Source of the DNA: Solirubrobacterales bacterium
GTDB lineage: Bacteria > Actinomycetota > Thermoleophilia > Solirubrobacterales > 70-9
Assembly (NCBI GenBank): GCA_041393445.1
Contig: JAWKKC010000006.1
Location: 29,876 to 93,875, forward strand
DNA length: 64,000 nt
Reading direction: 5' to 3'
Made by a program: the position numbers and the translations under genes. This document shows positions 28,919 to 38,444 of the stretch, piece after piece; the first letter of the stretch is position 1, and each line of letters begins with the position of its first letter. The notes below the pieces were generated by a model. The model saw only the letters and a program-made list of their open reading frames with translations. It was not told the DNA's origin and did not search any database.

Positions 28919-28975
28919 GGGTGGTAGTGGGTGGTAGTCATTTGGGACCGTATAGGTCCCAAATGACTACCACCC
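28919..28975. repeat. 10-bp tandem duplication plus 21-bp perfect palindrome between convergent genes (probable bidirectional terminator)
   Basis: GGGTGGTAGT occurs twice in tandem (28919-28938). GGGTGGTAGTCATTTGGGACC (28929-28949) and GGTCCCAAATGACTACCACCC (28955-28975) form a 21-bp stem with loop GTATA. The element is markedly less GC-rich than its surroundings. Confidence 0.7.
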
Positions 28976-28982
28976 AGGGGGA

Positions 28983-31112
28983 CTATGCCTCGGAGAGGCC
29001 GAGGCGGAGCTGGAGGCGGCGGAGCGGAGCGGGGGCCCACCAGTTCCAGGCGCCGAGCAGGCGCATCAGGGAGGGGACGAGGAGGGCGCGGACGACGGTG
29101 GCGTCGATCAGCACGCCGAACGCCATCCCGATCGCGATCTGCTTGACGAAGAAGACGCTGCTGACCCCAAAGGCGAGGAAGACGAGGGCGATCGCCAGGG
29201 CGGCGGCGGTGATCACCCGACCGGTGCGGGCGATCCCGCCCGCCACCGCCTCCTCGTTGCTCTCGCCGCGGTCGTGGCGCTCCTTGATCCGCGCCATCAC
29301 CAGCACCGCGTAATCGGTGGCGAGGCCGAACAGGACGGCGAAGAGGAAGACCATGCTGGTCGTCTCGATCGCCGCCGGGCCGGTGTAGTCGAGCGGCGCC
29401 TCCAGCCAGCCCTGCTGGAAGGCGAGGACGAGGACGCCGAGCGTCGCCCCGAGGGTGAGGGTGTTCATCAGCAGCGTCTTGATCGGCAGCAGCACCGAGC
29501 CGGTCAGCAGGAAGAGGAGGACGAGGGTGGTGACGGCGACGATCGCGACGACCAACGGGGCGTGCGCGAAGAGGCTCTGCTTCTGGTCAATGAACCCGGC
29601 GGTGTTGCCGGAGACCAGGGTCGCGGCGCCGGGCGGCGGGGCGAGGGCGCGGATCGCCCGCACCGAGTCCTGTGCGGCGCCGTCGAGAGCGGGCCGGTCG
29701 AGCGCGAAGTTGGCGTAGGCGAGGCCCTCGCCGGCCGCCGCGAAGGGGGCGCCGCCGCTCACCCCGGGGACCGTTTCGATCCGCTCGCGCAGCGCCGCCA
29801 ACTGGCCCGGGCCAGCGTCGCCGTCGACGCTCACCGTGACCGCCTCGGTCAGCCCGCGGCCGTAGTGGGAGTCGAGGTACCGGTAGGCGTCGTAGGAGGG
29901 CTGGCCCGGCGGCACCCCTTCGGCGCTGGGGCCGGTCAGGGTGGTCCAGAGCAACGGCGCTGCCGCGGCCAGCAGCAGGGCGCCGCTGGCCAAGGCGACC
30001 GCGACCGGCCGCCGCATCACCCCGCGGGCCAGCCGGTACCAGCCGTCGGAGCGGTCGGAGACGCTCGGCCCGCGGCGGATCGAGAGGGCGTCGATCCGCG
30101 GCCCGAGCACGGCGAGCAGCGAGGGGACGACGAGGATCGCCATCAGGGCCGAGAGGATCGCCACCGAGGCGCCGGCCACCGCCATCGAGTAGAGGAAGCG
30201 CTGCGGCATCACGATCAGTGCTGCCATCGCGGCGGCGACGGTGAGGCCGGAGAAGGCCGCGGTGCGGCCGGCGGTTTGCACGGTGCGCCGATGGGCGGCC
30301 CGCGGCACCGCGCCGCGAGCAAGCTCTTCCCGGTAGCGCGAGACCAGCAGCAGCGCGTAGTCGACGGCCAGGCCGAGGCTGAGCCCAGTGGCGATGTTGA
30401 GCGCGAACAGCGAGGTATCGGCGAAGCTCGACATCACCCGCAGAACCAGCAGGGTGCCGACGATCGAGATCACCCCGACCAGCAGCGGGATCGCCGCCGC
30501 GACGACGCCGCGGAAGACGAAGAGGAGCAGCAGGGCGAGCAGCGGGAAGGCGATCAGCTCGGCCTTGGTCAGGTCCTCGCGGGTCTGGTCGTTGGTCTCG
30601 TTGAAGCCGGCGGCGAAGCCGCCCTGGGCGACGTCGAGCCGGCTCGCCGCGGCCAGCTCGCCTGCCCCTTCGGCCGCCACCCCGCCGGCGTCCTCGAGGT
30701 CGGTGGTGGAGAGGTAGCCGGCGATCGTCGCCGACTCCCCGTCGCCCGCCACCAGGCCGGCGCCGGCCCGCGGCTCGCGCACCGGGTCGACCACGCGGCC
30801 GACGTGCTCGACCGCTTCCAGCCGGCGGCCGAGGCGGGCGACCTCGCGCCGCACCGGGGGCGCCGCGAGGTCGAGCCGGCCGCCGCCGGGCTGCCGCACG
30901 ACGAGGATGATCGCCGGGTTGGGGTTGTAGCCGAGCGAGTCGCGCAGCATCCGCGTCGCCCGCTCGCTCTCGGAGGCGCTGTCGGTGAACCCGGCCGCCT
31001 TCAGGTGGCTCTCGACGTCGCGCCCGAGCATCGCGGCGAGCAGGGCGAAGGCGGCGACGAGGACGAGAACGAGCTTGGGGCGCTGCCAGGTGAGGTCGGC
31101 GATCCGGTCCAT
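28983..31112 (-). CDS. MMPL-family (RND superfamily) membrane transporter, second copy
   Basis: 709 aa with GLAVDYALLLVSRYREEL and GLATDYAVLVMARIKE signatures and 12 predicted TM segments. Confidence 0.88.
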   Translation of the reverse strand: MDRIADLTWQRPKLVLVLVAAFALLAAMLGRDVESHLKAAGFTDSASESERATRMLRDSLGYNPNPAIILVVRQPGGGRLDLAAPPVRREVARLGRRLEAVEHVGRVVDPVREPRAGAGLVAGDGESATIAGYLSTTDLEDAGGVAAEGAGELAAASRLDVAQGGFAAGFNETNDQTREDLTKAELIAFPLLALLLLFVFRGVVAAAIPLLVGVISIVGTLLVLRVMSSFADTSLFALNIATGLSLGLAVDYALLLVSRYREELARGAVPRAAHRRTVQTAGRTAAFSGLTVAAAMAALIVMPQRFLYSMAVAGASVAILSALMAILVVPSLLAVLGPRIDALSIRRGPSVSDRSDGWYRLARGVMRRPVAVALASGALLLAAAAPLLWTTLTGPSAEGVPPGQPSYDAYRYLDSHYGRGLTEAVTVSVDGDAGPGQLAALRERIETVPGVSGGAPFAAAGEGLAYANFALDRPALDGAAQDSVRAIRALAPPPGAATLVSGNTAGFIDQKQSLFAHAPLVVAIVAVTTLVLLFLLTGSVLLPIKTLLMNTLTLGATLGVLVLAFQQGWLEAPLDYTGPAAIETTSMVFLFAVLFGLATDYAVLVMARIKERHDRGESNEEAVAGGIARTGRVITAAALAIALVFLAFGVSSVFFVKQIAIGMAFGVLIDATVVRALLVPSLMRLLGAWNWWAPAPLRRLQLRLGLSEA

Positions 31113-31135
31113 CTGAGCGGCATCCTACCAGATTA

Positions 31136-31178
31136 CAAAGTAAATACTTTGAAAAACAAAGTTAAGTTCCTGTAGAAT
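31136..31178 (+). promoter_or_regulatory. Sigma-70-like promoter with overlapping palindromic operator in the MMPL/HxlR divergent region
   Basis: TTGAAA (31149-31154), an 18-nt spacer, then TGTAGAAT (extended -10, 31171-31178). The palindrome CAAAGTA-AA-TACTTTG (31136-31151) overlaps the -35. The -10 ends 7 nt before GTG 31186, which implies a leaderless mRNA. Confidence 0.5.
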
Positions 31179-31185
31179 CGGTCCG

Positions 31186-31863
31186 GTGACGCGCCGACGC
31201 TACGACCAGGCCTGCAGCATCGCCGGCGCCCTCGACCGGGTGGGCGAGCGCTGGTCGATGCTGGTCGTCCGCGAGCTGCTGCTCGGGCCGCTGCGCTTCT
31301 CCGACCTGGCGCGGGCGGTCGGCGGCGCCCCGACCGACGTCCTCACCAAGCGGCTGCGCGACCTGGAAGCCGACCGGATCGTGCACCGGGTCGAGCTCGG
31401 CCCGCCGAGCGGCGTCACCGTCTATGAGCTGACCGAGCTCGGTCGGGGGCTGGAGGGACCGCTGTTGGCGCTGGGTCGCTGGGGGCTGAACTTCTACCGG
31501 CTCGAGGACATCGTCGGGATCGGGGCGTTCAGCCTGTCGGGGCCGCTCAAGGTAGTGCTCGACCCACCGCCGACCCTGACCGTCGCCCTGCAGATGCGCA
31601 GCGAGGGAGCTCCCACCTGGCTGCGAGTCGAGGCGGGGGAGGTCAGCGCCGGTCGCGGCGAGCTCGAGGATCCCGACTTGGTCCTCACCGGCCCGCCCGC
31701 CGCGATCCTGCTTGCCCTCGCCCCGGGCGGCGACGCGGCACCGGTCGAGATCGAGGGCGACCGCGAGCTGCTCGAGGCGCTGCGCAGCGCCGCCGACCTG
31801 CCGGAGCGGTTGGCGGAGGAAGTCGCCGCGGCGACGTCTCAGCTCAGCTCGGTGCCGTCGTAG
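31186..31863 (+). CDS. HxlR-family winged-helix regulator with C-terminal SCP2-like extension
   Basis: CSIAGALDRVGERWSMLVVRELLLGPLRFSDL is the HxlR signature. 225 aa, divergent from the MMPL gene. Confidence 0.82.
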   Translation: MTRRRYDQACSIAGALDRVGERWSMLVVRELLLGPLRFSDLARAVGGAPTDVLTKRLRDLEADRIVHRVELGPPSGVTVYELTELGRGLEGPLLALGRWGLNFYRLEDIVGIGAFSLSGPLKVVLDPPPTLTVALQMRSEGAPTWLRVEAGEVSAGRGELEDPDLVLTGPPAAILLALAPGGDAAPVEIEGDRELLEALRSAADLPERLAEEVAAATSQLSSVPS

Positions 31864-32084
31864 AGCTTCTTGACGTGCACGGTGCCCGCCGGCGCCGCTT
31901 CCAGGCAGAGCTTGCAGAGCACGCACTCGTCGAGGTTCTCGGCGACGATCTCGACCCCGGAGTCGGTGCCCTTGAAGATGCTCACCGGACAGACTTCCTC
32001 GAGCTTGGCGGCGAGGGCGGGGTCGCTGGCGGCCGGCTCGTCGACCTCGACCTCGATGAAGACCGCGTTCAGCTGCTCCGCCAT
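31839..32084 (-). CDS. Small ferredoxin-like protein (single putative 4Fe-4S site)
   Basis: 81 aa (MAEQLNAVFIEVEV...) with CPVSIF and CVLCKLC, four Cys in total. Its ATG overlaps the sucD-like stop in ATGA (32082-32086). High GC3. Confidence 0.6.
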   Translation of the reverse strand: MAEQLNAVFIEVEVDEPAASDPALAAKLEEVCPVSIFKGTDSGVEIVAENLDECVLCKLCLEAAPAGTVHVKKLYDGTELS

Positions 32085-33001
32085 CAGGCCGTCGCCCCCA
32101 GCTTCTCCTTGACCGCGTCGGGGATCTGGTCGATCCGCTCGACCACGCGGATCCCGGCCGCTTCGAGCCGGGCGATCTTCTCGGTCGCGGTGTCCTCCTT
32201 GCCCTCGACGATCGTGCCGGCGTGCCCGAAGCTCATCCCCTTCATCTCCTCGTCGTCCATGAATTTGCCGGCCATGAAGGCGACGATCGGCAGGCGGCTG
32301 TCGTTGTCCTTCACCCACTCGGCCAGCTGCGCCTCCATGCGGCCGCCGGGCTCGGTGTAGATGACGATCGCCTCGGTCTCCGGGTCGGCCTCGAAGTAGG
32401 GCATCAGCTCGGCGTAGGTCGAGCCGATGATCGCGTCGCCGCCGATCGAGACGGCGGTCGAGACGCCGAGCCCGGCCTGGGTCAGCGAGGAGGAGATCTC
32501 GGTGGTCATCCCGCCGGAGCGGCTCATCACCCCGACCGGGCCGGGCGCGTAGGCCTTGGCGGCGTCCTTGGCGGGGCCGCCGATCCCGCCCATCTTGCAG
32601 ACGTCGGGGACGATCAGGCCGAGGCAGTTGGGGCCGATGATGCGGGCGCCGCGCAGGTTGGCGAGCTCGACCATCTGGGCCACGTCGCCGCGCGGGATGC
32701 GCTCGGTGACGACGACGACGAGCTCGATCCCGTTCTCGATCGCCTCCAGCACCGCGTCCTTGGTGAAGGCGGGGGGGACGGTGACCACGGAGCCGTCGAT
32801 CGGGCCGTCGTGGTGCTCGACCGCCTGGGCGACGGTGTCGAAGACCGGGACCCCGTGCACCTCGCGGCCCTTGCGGCCGGGGGTGACGCCGCCCACCACC
32901 TTGGAGCCGTAGTCCAGGCACTCGCGAGTCAGGTTGACCGCCTCGCGTCCGGTGATCCCCTGGACGATGAAGGTGGTCTCTTTGGTGAGAAGAATCGACA
33001 T
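32084..33001 (-). CDS. sucD: Succinate--CoA ligase alpha subunit family (CoA-binding/ligase-CoA domains)
   Basis: 305 aa with VQGITGREA, MGHAG-like SFGHAGTIV (phosphohistidine loop) and IGPNCLG. Confidence 0.85.
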   Translation of the reverse strand: MSILLTKETTFIVQGITGREAVNLTRECLDYGSKVVGGVTPGRKGREVHGVPVFDTVAQAVEHHDGPIDGSVVTVPPAFTKDAVLEAIENGIELVVVVTERIPRGDVAQMVELANLRGARIIGPNCLGLIVPDVCKMGGIGGPAKDAAKAYAPGPVGVMSRSGGMTTEISSSLTQAGLGVSTAVSIGGDAIIGSTYAELMPYFEADPETEAIVIYTEPGGRMEAQLAEWVKDNDSRLPIVAFMAGKFMDDEEMKGMSFGHAGTIVEGKEDTATEKIARLEAAGIRVVERIDQIPDAVKEKLGATA

Positions 33002-33096
33002 GGGCTACGTCCTCGGCCCCCGGACGCGGGAGCAAATCCCTGTCCATACCTGGTTCTCCAGGGATTCGGGGGCGCAGGGGAGGTGGAAGCGGCGGC

Positions 33097-34311
33097 TCAT
33101 GATCCTCCCTGGATCTTGGCGACGGCGCGGCCGGCCGCCTCCCACATCGAGACCGAGCGGTCGCAGTACTCGACCCCGTAGCGCTCGAGGATCTTGAAGC
33201 CCTCCTCCTCCCAGGCGCCCGGGATGCGGAAGATCGCGATCGTCTCGCCGGGCTCCTTGCCGAGCTCCAGGCAGGCCTTGATCACGCCGCGGGCGACGAT
33301 GTCGACCCGGGTGTTGGAGACGATCGACATCATCACGGCGATCTTCTCGACCCCGTCCTTCTCCAGTACCTCCTTGGCCAGGCCGCAGGCCTTGGCGACC
33401 GACGGGTTGCCGCCGATCTCGGAGTAGTTGGCCGGCTTGCCGCCCTGGCTGCGGACCGCGTCGGTCAGGGTCAGCGAGCCGCCGCCGGCCCCGATCACCA
33501 GGCCGAGGTTGCCGGTGAAGCCGTGGTCCTTGCCCTGGATCACGCCGCGGTGGTCGGCGGCGTCGATCGCCGCCACGTGGCGCTCGAAGTCGGAGGGCTC
33601 GTAGGTCTCGCGGGTGTCCTCCTCGGCGATCTCCAGCTGCTTGCGGAGCAGGACCTTCTGGCGGCCGACCGCCTCGTTCTCCATCTCCATGTGGGCGTCG
33701 AGGGCGACGAAGCTGCCGTCGGCCAGCTCGGCCAGCGGGTTGATCTCCGCCAGGGTCATGTCGTTGTCGCGGAAGAGCCGGGCGAGGCGGGCGAGGATCG
33801 GCGTCGCCCGGTTCAGCTGCGAGCCGGTCACCCCGGTCGCGGCGACCGTCTGCTTGGCCTCGAAGTCGGAGATCGGGAGGAGGTTGGAGACGTGGCCGCG
33901 GCCGACGTGGTCGGGGTGGGTCTCGGCGACCTCCTCGATGTCGATCCCGCCCATGTCGCTGAACAGCATCAGCGGCTGCTTCGCGGTCCCGTCCCAGACT
34001 ACGCCGGCGTAGTACTCCTGCTTGACCTCGGCTTTCGGGTCGACCAGGACGCCGCGCGGCATGTGGCCGTTGATCTCCAGCTGCAGGATCGCCTCGGCGT
34101 GGGCGGCGGCCTCCTCGGGGCGGTCGGCGAACTTGACCCCGCCGGCCTTCATCCGGCCGCCGGTCAGCACCTGCGACTTGATCACGACGGGGCCGCCGAT
34201 CTCCTCGGTCGCCTGGCGCGCCTCATCTGGCGTGGTGCAGAACCCGTACGCGGTGACGGGGATCCCTGCCAGCTCGACGATCCTGCGTGCCTCGTACTCG
34301 TAGAACCTCAT
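33097..34311 (-). CDS. sucC: Succinate--CoA ligase beta subunit family (ATP-grasp), archaeal-like N-terminus
   Basis: 404 aa. MRFYEYEARRIVELAGIPV, VVIKSQVLTGGR and EINPL are present. Substrate is not proven and could be another acid-thiol ligase such as malate thiokinase. Confidence 0.78.
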   Translation of the reverse strand: MRFYEYEARRIVELAGIPVTAYGFCTTPDEARQATEEIGGPVVIKSQVLTGGRMKAGGVKFADRPEEAAAHAEAILQLEINGHMPRGVLVDPKAEVKQEYYAGVVWDGTAKQPLMLFSDMGGIDIEEVAETHPDHVGRGHVSNLLPISDFEAKQTVAATGVTGSQLNRATPILARLARLFRDNDMTLAEINPLAELADGSFVALDAHMEMENEAVGRQKVLLRKQLEIAEEDTRETYEPSDFERHVAAIDAADHRGVIQGKDHGFTGNLGLVIGAGGGSLTLTDAVRSQGGKPANYSEIGGNPSVAKACGLAKEVLEKDGVEKIAVMMSIVSNTRVDIVARGVIKACLELGKEPGETIAIFRIPGAWEEEGFKILERYGVEYCDRSVSMWEAAGRAVAKIQGGS

Positions 34312-34448
34312 GCGCGGCGCGGACCCTATCCGAAGGGCTGACGGGCGTGAGCTGCGGGCTTTCCGAACCGGGATCGGCGGTCGCCAAGCGCCGTCCTGTC
34401 GGCGGCATTGGAATACTCCCCTGGGTGACCCCCCCTGAAGGGCCCTAG

Positions 34449-34757
34449 ATGAGGTCCGCGTTCCGTGTCCTCCCGGTGTTTGCGTTCGCGACCGTAGCGC
34501 TGGTCGCGTCGGGGTGCGGCAAGACCGTCGTCGACCAGGCCAAGCTCGAGGACACGATTCGCGCCAGCCTGGAACAATCCCTCGAACGCGAACGGAAGAT
34601 CACGGCGGTCGACTGTCCCTCCGGCCAAGAGGTCGAACCAGAAGCCACCTTCACCTGCTCGGTGCGCTTCTCGAACGGCGACAAGGCGACCGCGACCATG
34701 GAGATTCGCAACACGGATGCCGACGTCAGCCTCGTCGGCCTGAAAGCAAACGAATAG
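34449..34757 (+). CDS. DUF4333-like lipoprotein
   Basis: Signal peptide plus lipobox LVASGC. 102 aa with conserved Cys pairs (DCPSG...FTC), as in actinobacterial DUF4333. Confidence 0.65.
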   Translation: MRSAFRVLPVFAFATVALVASGCGKTVVDQAKLEDTIRASLEQSLERERKITAVDCPSGQEVEPEATFTCSVRFSNGDKATATMEIRNTDADVSLVGLKANE

Positions 34758-34767
34758 AGAGAGGCGA

Positions 34768-36576
34768 ATGAGCGACCTGACCACCGCCCCCGCGCTGACC
34801 ACACACGCAAAGCTGCTGGACTGGGTAGGTGAGATCGCAGCGCTGACCCAGCCCGACGCCGTCCACTGGTGCGACGGCTCGGCCGGTGAGTACGACTCCC
34901 TCGCTCAGACCCTGATCGACGCCGGCACCTTCGAGCGCCTCTCCGACGCCAAGCGTCCCAACTCCTACCTCGCCCTCTCCGACCCGGCCGACGTCGCCCG
35001 GGTCGAGGACCGCACCTTCATCTGCTCCGAGCGGGAGGCCGACGCCGGCCCCAACAACAACTGGCGCGCCCCGGCCGCGATGCGGGCGGAGCTGGACGAC
35101 CTCTTCAAGGGGTGCATGAAGGGCCGCACGATGTACGTGGTGCCGTTCTCGATGGGCCCGATCGGCTCCCACATCTCCGAAATCGGCGTGCAGCTGACCG
35201 ATTCCGCCTACGTCGCGGTCTCGATGCGGATCATGACCCGGATGGGCAAGGCCGCCCTCGACGCGCTCGGCGACGATGGCGAGTTCGTCCCCTGCGTGCA
35301 CTCGGTCGGGATGCCTCTCGGCGAGGGCGTCAAGGACGTCTCCTGGCCCTGCAACGAGGACAACAAGTACATCGTCCACTACCCCGAGACCCGCGAGATC
35401 TGGTCCTTCGGCTCCGGCTACGGCGGCAACGCCCTGCTCGGCAAGAAGTGCTTCGCGCTGCGGATCGCCTCGGCGATGGCGCGCGACGAGGGCTGGTTGG
35501 CCGAGCACATGCTGATCCTCAAGCTGACCTCGCCCGAGGGGGTTGTCAAGTACGTGACCGGCGCCTTCCCGTCGGCCTGCGGCAAGACCAACCTCTCGAT
35601 GATGATCCCGACCCTGCCCGATTGGAAGGTCGAGACGATCGGCGACGACATCGCCTGGATGAAGTTCCACGAGGACGGCCGCCTCTACGCGGTCAACCCC
35701 GAGGCGGGCTTCTTCGGCGTCGCCCCCGGCACCGGTCACAAGACCAACCCGAACGCGATGGAGACGGTCGAGCGGAACACGATCTTCACCAACTGCGCCA
35801 AGACCGACGACGGCGACATCTGGTGGGAGGGGATGACCGGCGAGCCGCCGGAGCACGCGATCGACTGGCATGGCAACGAGTGGTCGCCGGACGCCGAGGC
35901 GCCGGCCGCGCACCCCAACTCACGCTTCACCACGCCGGCCGCGCAGTGCCCCTCGATCGCCCCGGAGTGGGAGGACCCGGCCGGGGTGCCGATCGACGCC
36001 TTCCTGTTCGGCGGTCGCCGCGCCACCACGGTGCCGCTCGTCCACGAGGCCTTCGATTGGGAGCACGGCGTCTTCCTCGGCGCCACGATGTCCTCCGAGA
36101 AGACGGCGGCGGCGGCCGGCAACCTCGGCGAACTGCGCTTCGACCCGATGGCGATGCTGCCCTTCTGCGGCTACAACATGGGCGACTACTTCGGCCACTG
36201 GCTCGAGGTCGCCAAGCGCGAGGGGGCGGTGCTGCCGCGGGTCTTCTACGTCAACTGGTTCCGCAAGGACGCCGACGGCAACTTCCTCTGGCCCGGGTTC
36301 GGCGAGAACAGTCGCGTCCTGGAGTGGATCTTCCGCCGCTGCGAGGGCAAGGCCGAGGCGGTCGAGTCGCCGATCGGGCTGCTGCCCGCGCCCGGCGCGA
36401 TCAACACCGACGGCCTCGAGATCACCACGGAGGCGATGGACGAGCTGCTCTCGGTCGACGCCGAGCTGGTCAAGCAGCAGCTGCCGCAGGTGCGCGAGCA
36501 CCTCGAGCAGTACGGCGAACGGCTGCCCGCCGCGCTCTCCGCGCAGCTGGAGGCCCTCGACCGGCGGCTGGGGTAG
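34768..36576 (+). CDS. pckG: Phosphoenolpyruvate carboxykinase (GTP)
   Basis: 602 aa with FPSACGKTN (kinase-1a), [16 protein letters not shown] and NWFRKD motifs. Confidence 0.95.
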   Translation: MSDLTTAPALTTHAKLLDWVGEIAALTQPDAVHWCDGSAGEYDSLAQTLIDAGTFERLSDAKRPNSYLALSDPADVARVEDRTFICSEREADAGPNNNWRAPAAMRAELDDLFKGCMKGRTMYVVPFSMGPIGSHISEIGVQLTDSAYVAVSMRIMTRMGKAALDALGDDGEFVPCVHSVGMPLGEGVKDVSWPCNEDNKYIVHYPETREIWSFGSGYGGNALLGKKCFALRIASAMARDEGWLAEHMLILKLTSPEGVVKYVTGAFPSACGKTNLSMMIPTLPDWKVETIGDDIAWMKFHEDGRLYAVNPEAGFFGVAPGTGHKTNPNAMETVERNTIFTNCAKTDDGDIWWEGMTGEPPEHAIDWHGNEWSPDAEAPAAHPNSRFTTPAAQCPSIAPEWEDPAGVPIDAFLFGGRRATTVPLVHEAFDWEHGVFLGATMSSEKTAAAAGNLGELRFDPMAMLPFCGYNMGDYFGHWLEVAKREGAVLPRVFYVNWFRKDADGNFLWPGFGENSRVLEWIFRRCEGKAEAVESPIGLLPAPGAINTDGLEITTEAMDELLSVDAELVKQQLPQVREHLEQYGERLPAALSAQLEALDRRLG

Positions 36577-36587
36577 GGCGAGCGGCC

Positions 36588-37028
36588 TTGGCGACGGGAA
36601 TCGGGATCGGTATCGACTTGGTCGCGGTCGAGGGGGTCGCCGCCAGCCTCGCGGGGTCCCACCGCGATCACTATCTCGAGCGGATCTACACCGAGCGGGA
36701 GGTCGACGACTGTCGCGGCCCTTCGGGGCGGATCGAGCCGGAGCGCCTGGCGGCCCGCTTCGCCGCCAAGGAGGCGACGATCAAGGCGCTGCCGGGCGCC
36801 GGGGAAGGGGTGAGGCTGACCGGGATCGAAGTCGTCGTGCGGCAGTCCGGGCAGGTCGCGATCGAGCTTTCGGGACGCGCGGCGGAGCTGGCCGCTGAGG
36901 CGGGGATCGAGGACCTGGCGCTGAGCCTGACCCACGAGGGGGGTTTCGCCGCCGCCGTCGTGGTCGGGCTGGGAGATCCCGCCCCGACGGTAATGCCGCG
37001 CCCGAATCTGCCGATCAGTAGACAATGA
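36588..37028 (+). CDS. acpS: Holo-[acyl-carrier-protein] synthase (AcpS-type 4'-phosphopantetheinyl transferase)
   Basis: GIGIDLVAV..., RFAAKEATIKAL and LSLTHEGGFAAAVVV motifs. TTG 36588 is provisional. The stop overlaps the carrier-protein ATG (ATGA at 37025-37028). Confidence 0.75.
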   Translation: MATGIGIGIDLVAVEGVAASLAGSHRDHYLERIYTEREVDDCRGPSGRIEPERLAARFAAKEATIKALPGAGEGVRLTGIEVVVRQSGQVAIELSGRAAELAAEAGIEDLALSLTHEGGFAAAVVVGLGDPAPTVMPRPNLPISRQ

Positions 37029-37267
37029 ACGAGAAGATCCGCCAAGTCATCCAGGACCACGCCCAGCTCTCGGTCGACGTCGGGAGCCTCGGCGACGACG
37101 ACGACCTCTATCAGGCGGGTATGACCTCGCATGCCAGCGTCAACGTGATGATTGCCCTCGAGGACACCTTCGACGTCGAGTTCCTCGACTCGATGCTGAA
37201 GCGCAGCGTCTTCGAGAGCGTGGCCTCGATCTCCGCGGCCCTGGAGGAGATAGGGGTGGCGGCATGA
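37025..37267 (+). CDS. Stand-alone acyl/aminoacyl carrier protein
   Basis: 80 aa with a four-helix pattern. LYQAGMTSHASVNVMIALE occupies the position of the DSL phosphopantetheine-attachment motif, and Ser in MTSH is the candidate site. Confidence 0.8.
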   Translation: MNEKIRQVIQDHAQLSVDVGSLGDDDDLYQAGMTSHASVNVMIALEDTFDVEFLDSMLKRSVFESVASISAALEEIGVAA

Positions 37268-38442
37268 CTGGTTCGCTCGCCACCGAGGCCGACCGTTCCC
37301 TGCTGGACGCGATCTGCCGTATCGGCGAGGAGGTCGCGGCGCCCAACGCCGACGACGTCGATCGCGATGCCCGCTTTCCGGTCGAGGCGGTCGGCGCCCT
37401 GCGCGAGGCCGGCGCCCTCTCGGCGTTCGTGCCCGTCGAGCTCGGTGGAGGGGGCGCTTCGATCGCCGCGATCGCCCAGTCTTGCTTCGAGCTTGGCCGG
37501 CGGTGCGGAGCCACCGCGATGGTCTTCGCGATGCACCAGATCCAGGTCGCTTGCATCGCCCGCCACCTCGAGGGATCGCCCTGGTTCGAGGAATACCTGC
37601 GCGAGGTAGCCGAGACGCAGCGGTTGATCGCCTCAATCACCTCCGAGGTCGGGACCGGCGGCGACATGGGAAGGTCGGTCGCTGCCGTCTCGGAGGCACT
37701 CGACGGCATCGCCGAGTTCGAGAAGCAGGCACCCACCGTCTCCTATGGGGGGCACGCCGACGACTTCTTGACCACCTTGCGCCGGGCTCCCGACGCAGAG
37801 CCCGGTGATCAGGTCCTGGTCCTGACCAGAGCCGACCAGACGCGGCTGGAGCCGCAGGGAACCTGGGACCCGCTCGGGATGCGCGGCACCTGTTCGCCGG
37901 GGTTCCTCGTCAAAGCGAGCTTCTCCGTCGAGCAGACGTTGGCGACTCCGTTCGCGGCGATCTCGACCGAGTCGATGACCCCGATCTCCCACATCCTCTG
38001 GTCCCACGTCTGGCTCGGCATCGCAACCGATGCCTTCGATCGGGCCAGGGCCTTCGTGCGGGCGGCGGCCAAGCGCAAGCCGGGTGAGCCGCTGCCGGCT
38101 GCGAGTCGCCTCTCCCATCTGATGAGCGAGCTCTCGCTGCTGCGGGCGGAGGTCTCGCTGGCCTTGCGCGAGTACTGCGACCTCGCTGACCAGGACCGGC
38201 CGCGACTTTCCGAGATGGCGACGATCCTCCGCTTCAACAACCTCAAGATCGCCGCCTCCGACCAGGCGCCACGGGTTTGTCAGAGCGCCCTCGCCGTCTG
38301 TGGGATCGTCGGCTACAAGAACGACACCCCGTTCAGCGTGGGCCGTCACCTGCGCGACACGATGTCGGCCTGCCTGATGGTCGCCAACGAGCGCATCCAC
38401 GCGACTGACGCCAGCCTGCTGCTGATCGCCAAGGAGGTCTGA
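37264..38442 (+). CDS. Acyl-CoA dehydrogenase-family flavoprotein (probably acting on a carrier-protein-tethered substrate)
   Basis: 392 aa. ACAD-type N-terminal helical, middle beta (ITSEVGTGGD) and C-terminal helical domains. ATGA overlap with the carrier-protein gene. Confidence 0.8.
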   Translation: MTGSLATEADRSLLDAICRIGEEVAAPNADDVDRDARFPVEAVGALREAGALSAFVPVELGGGGASIAAIAQSCFELGRRCGATAMVFAMHQIQVACIARHLEGSPWFEEYLREVAETQRLIASITSEVGTGGDMGRSVAAVSEALDGIAEFEKQAPTVSYGGHADDFLTTLRRAPDAEPGDQVLVLTRADQTRLEPQGTWDPLGMRGTCSPGFLVKASFSVEQTLATPFAAISTESMTPISHILWSHVWLGIATDAFDRARAFVRAAAKRKPGEPLPAASRLSHLMSELSLLRAEVSLALREYCDLADQDRPRLSEMATILRFNNLKIAASDQAPRVCQSALAVCGIVGYKNDTPFSVGRHLRDTMSACLMVANERIHATDASLLLIAKEV

Positions 38443-38444
38443 CC

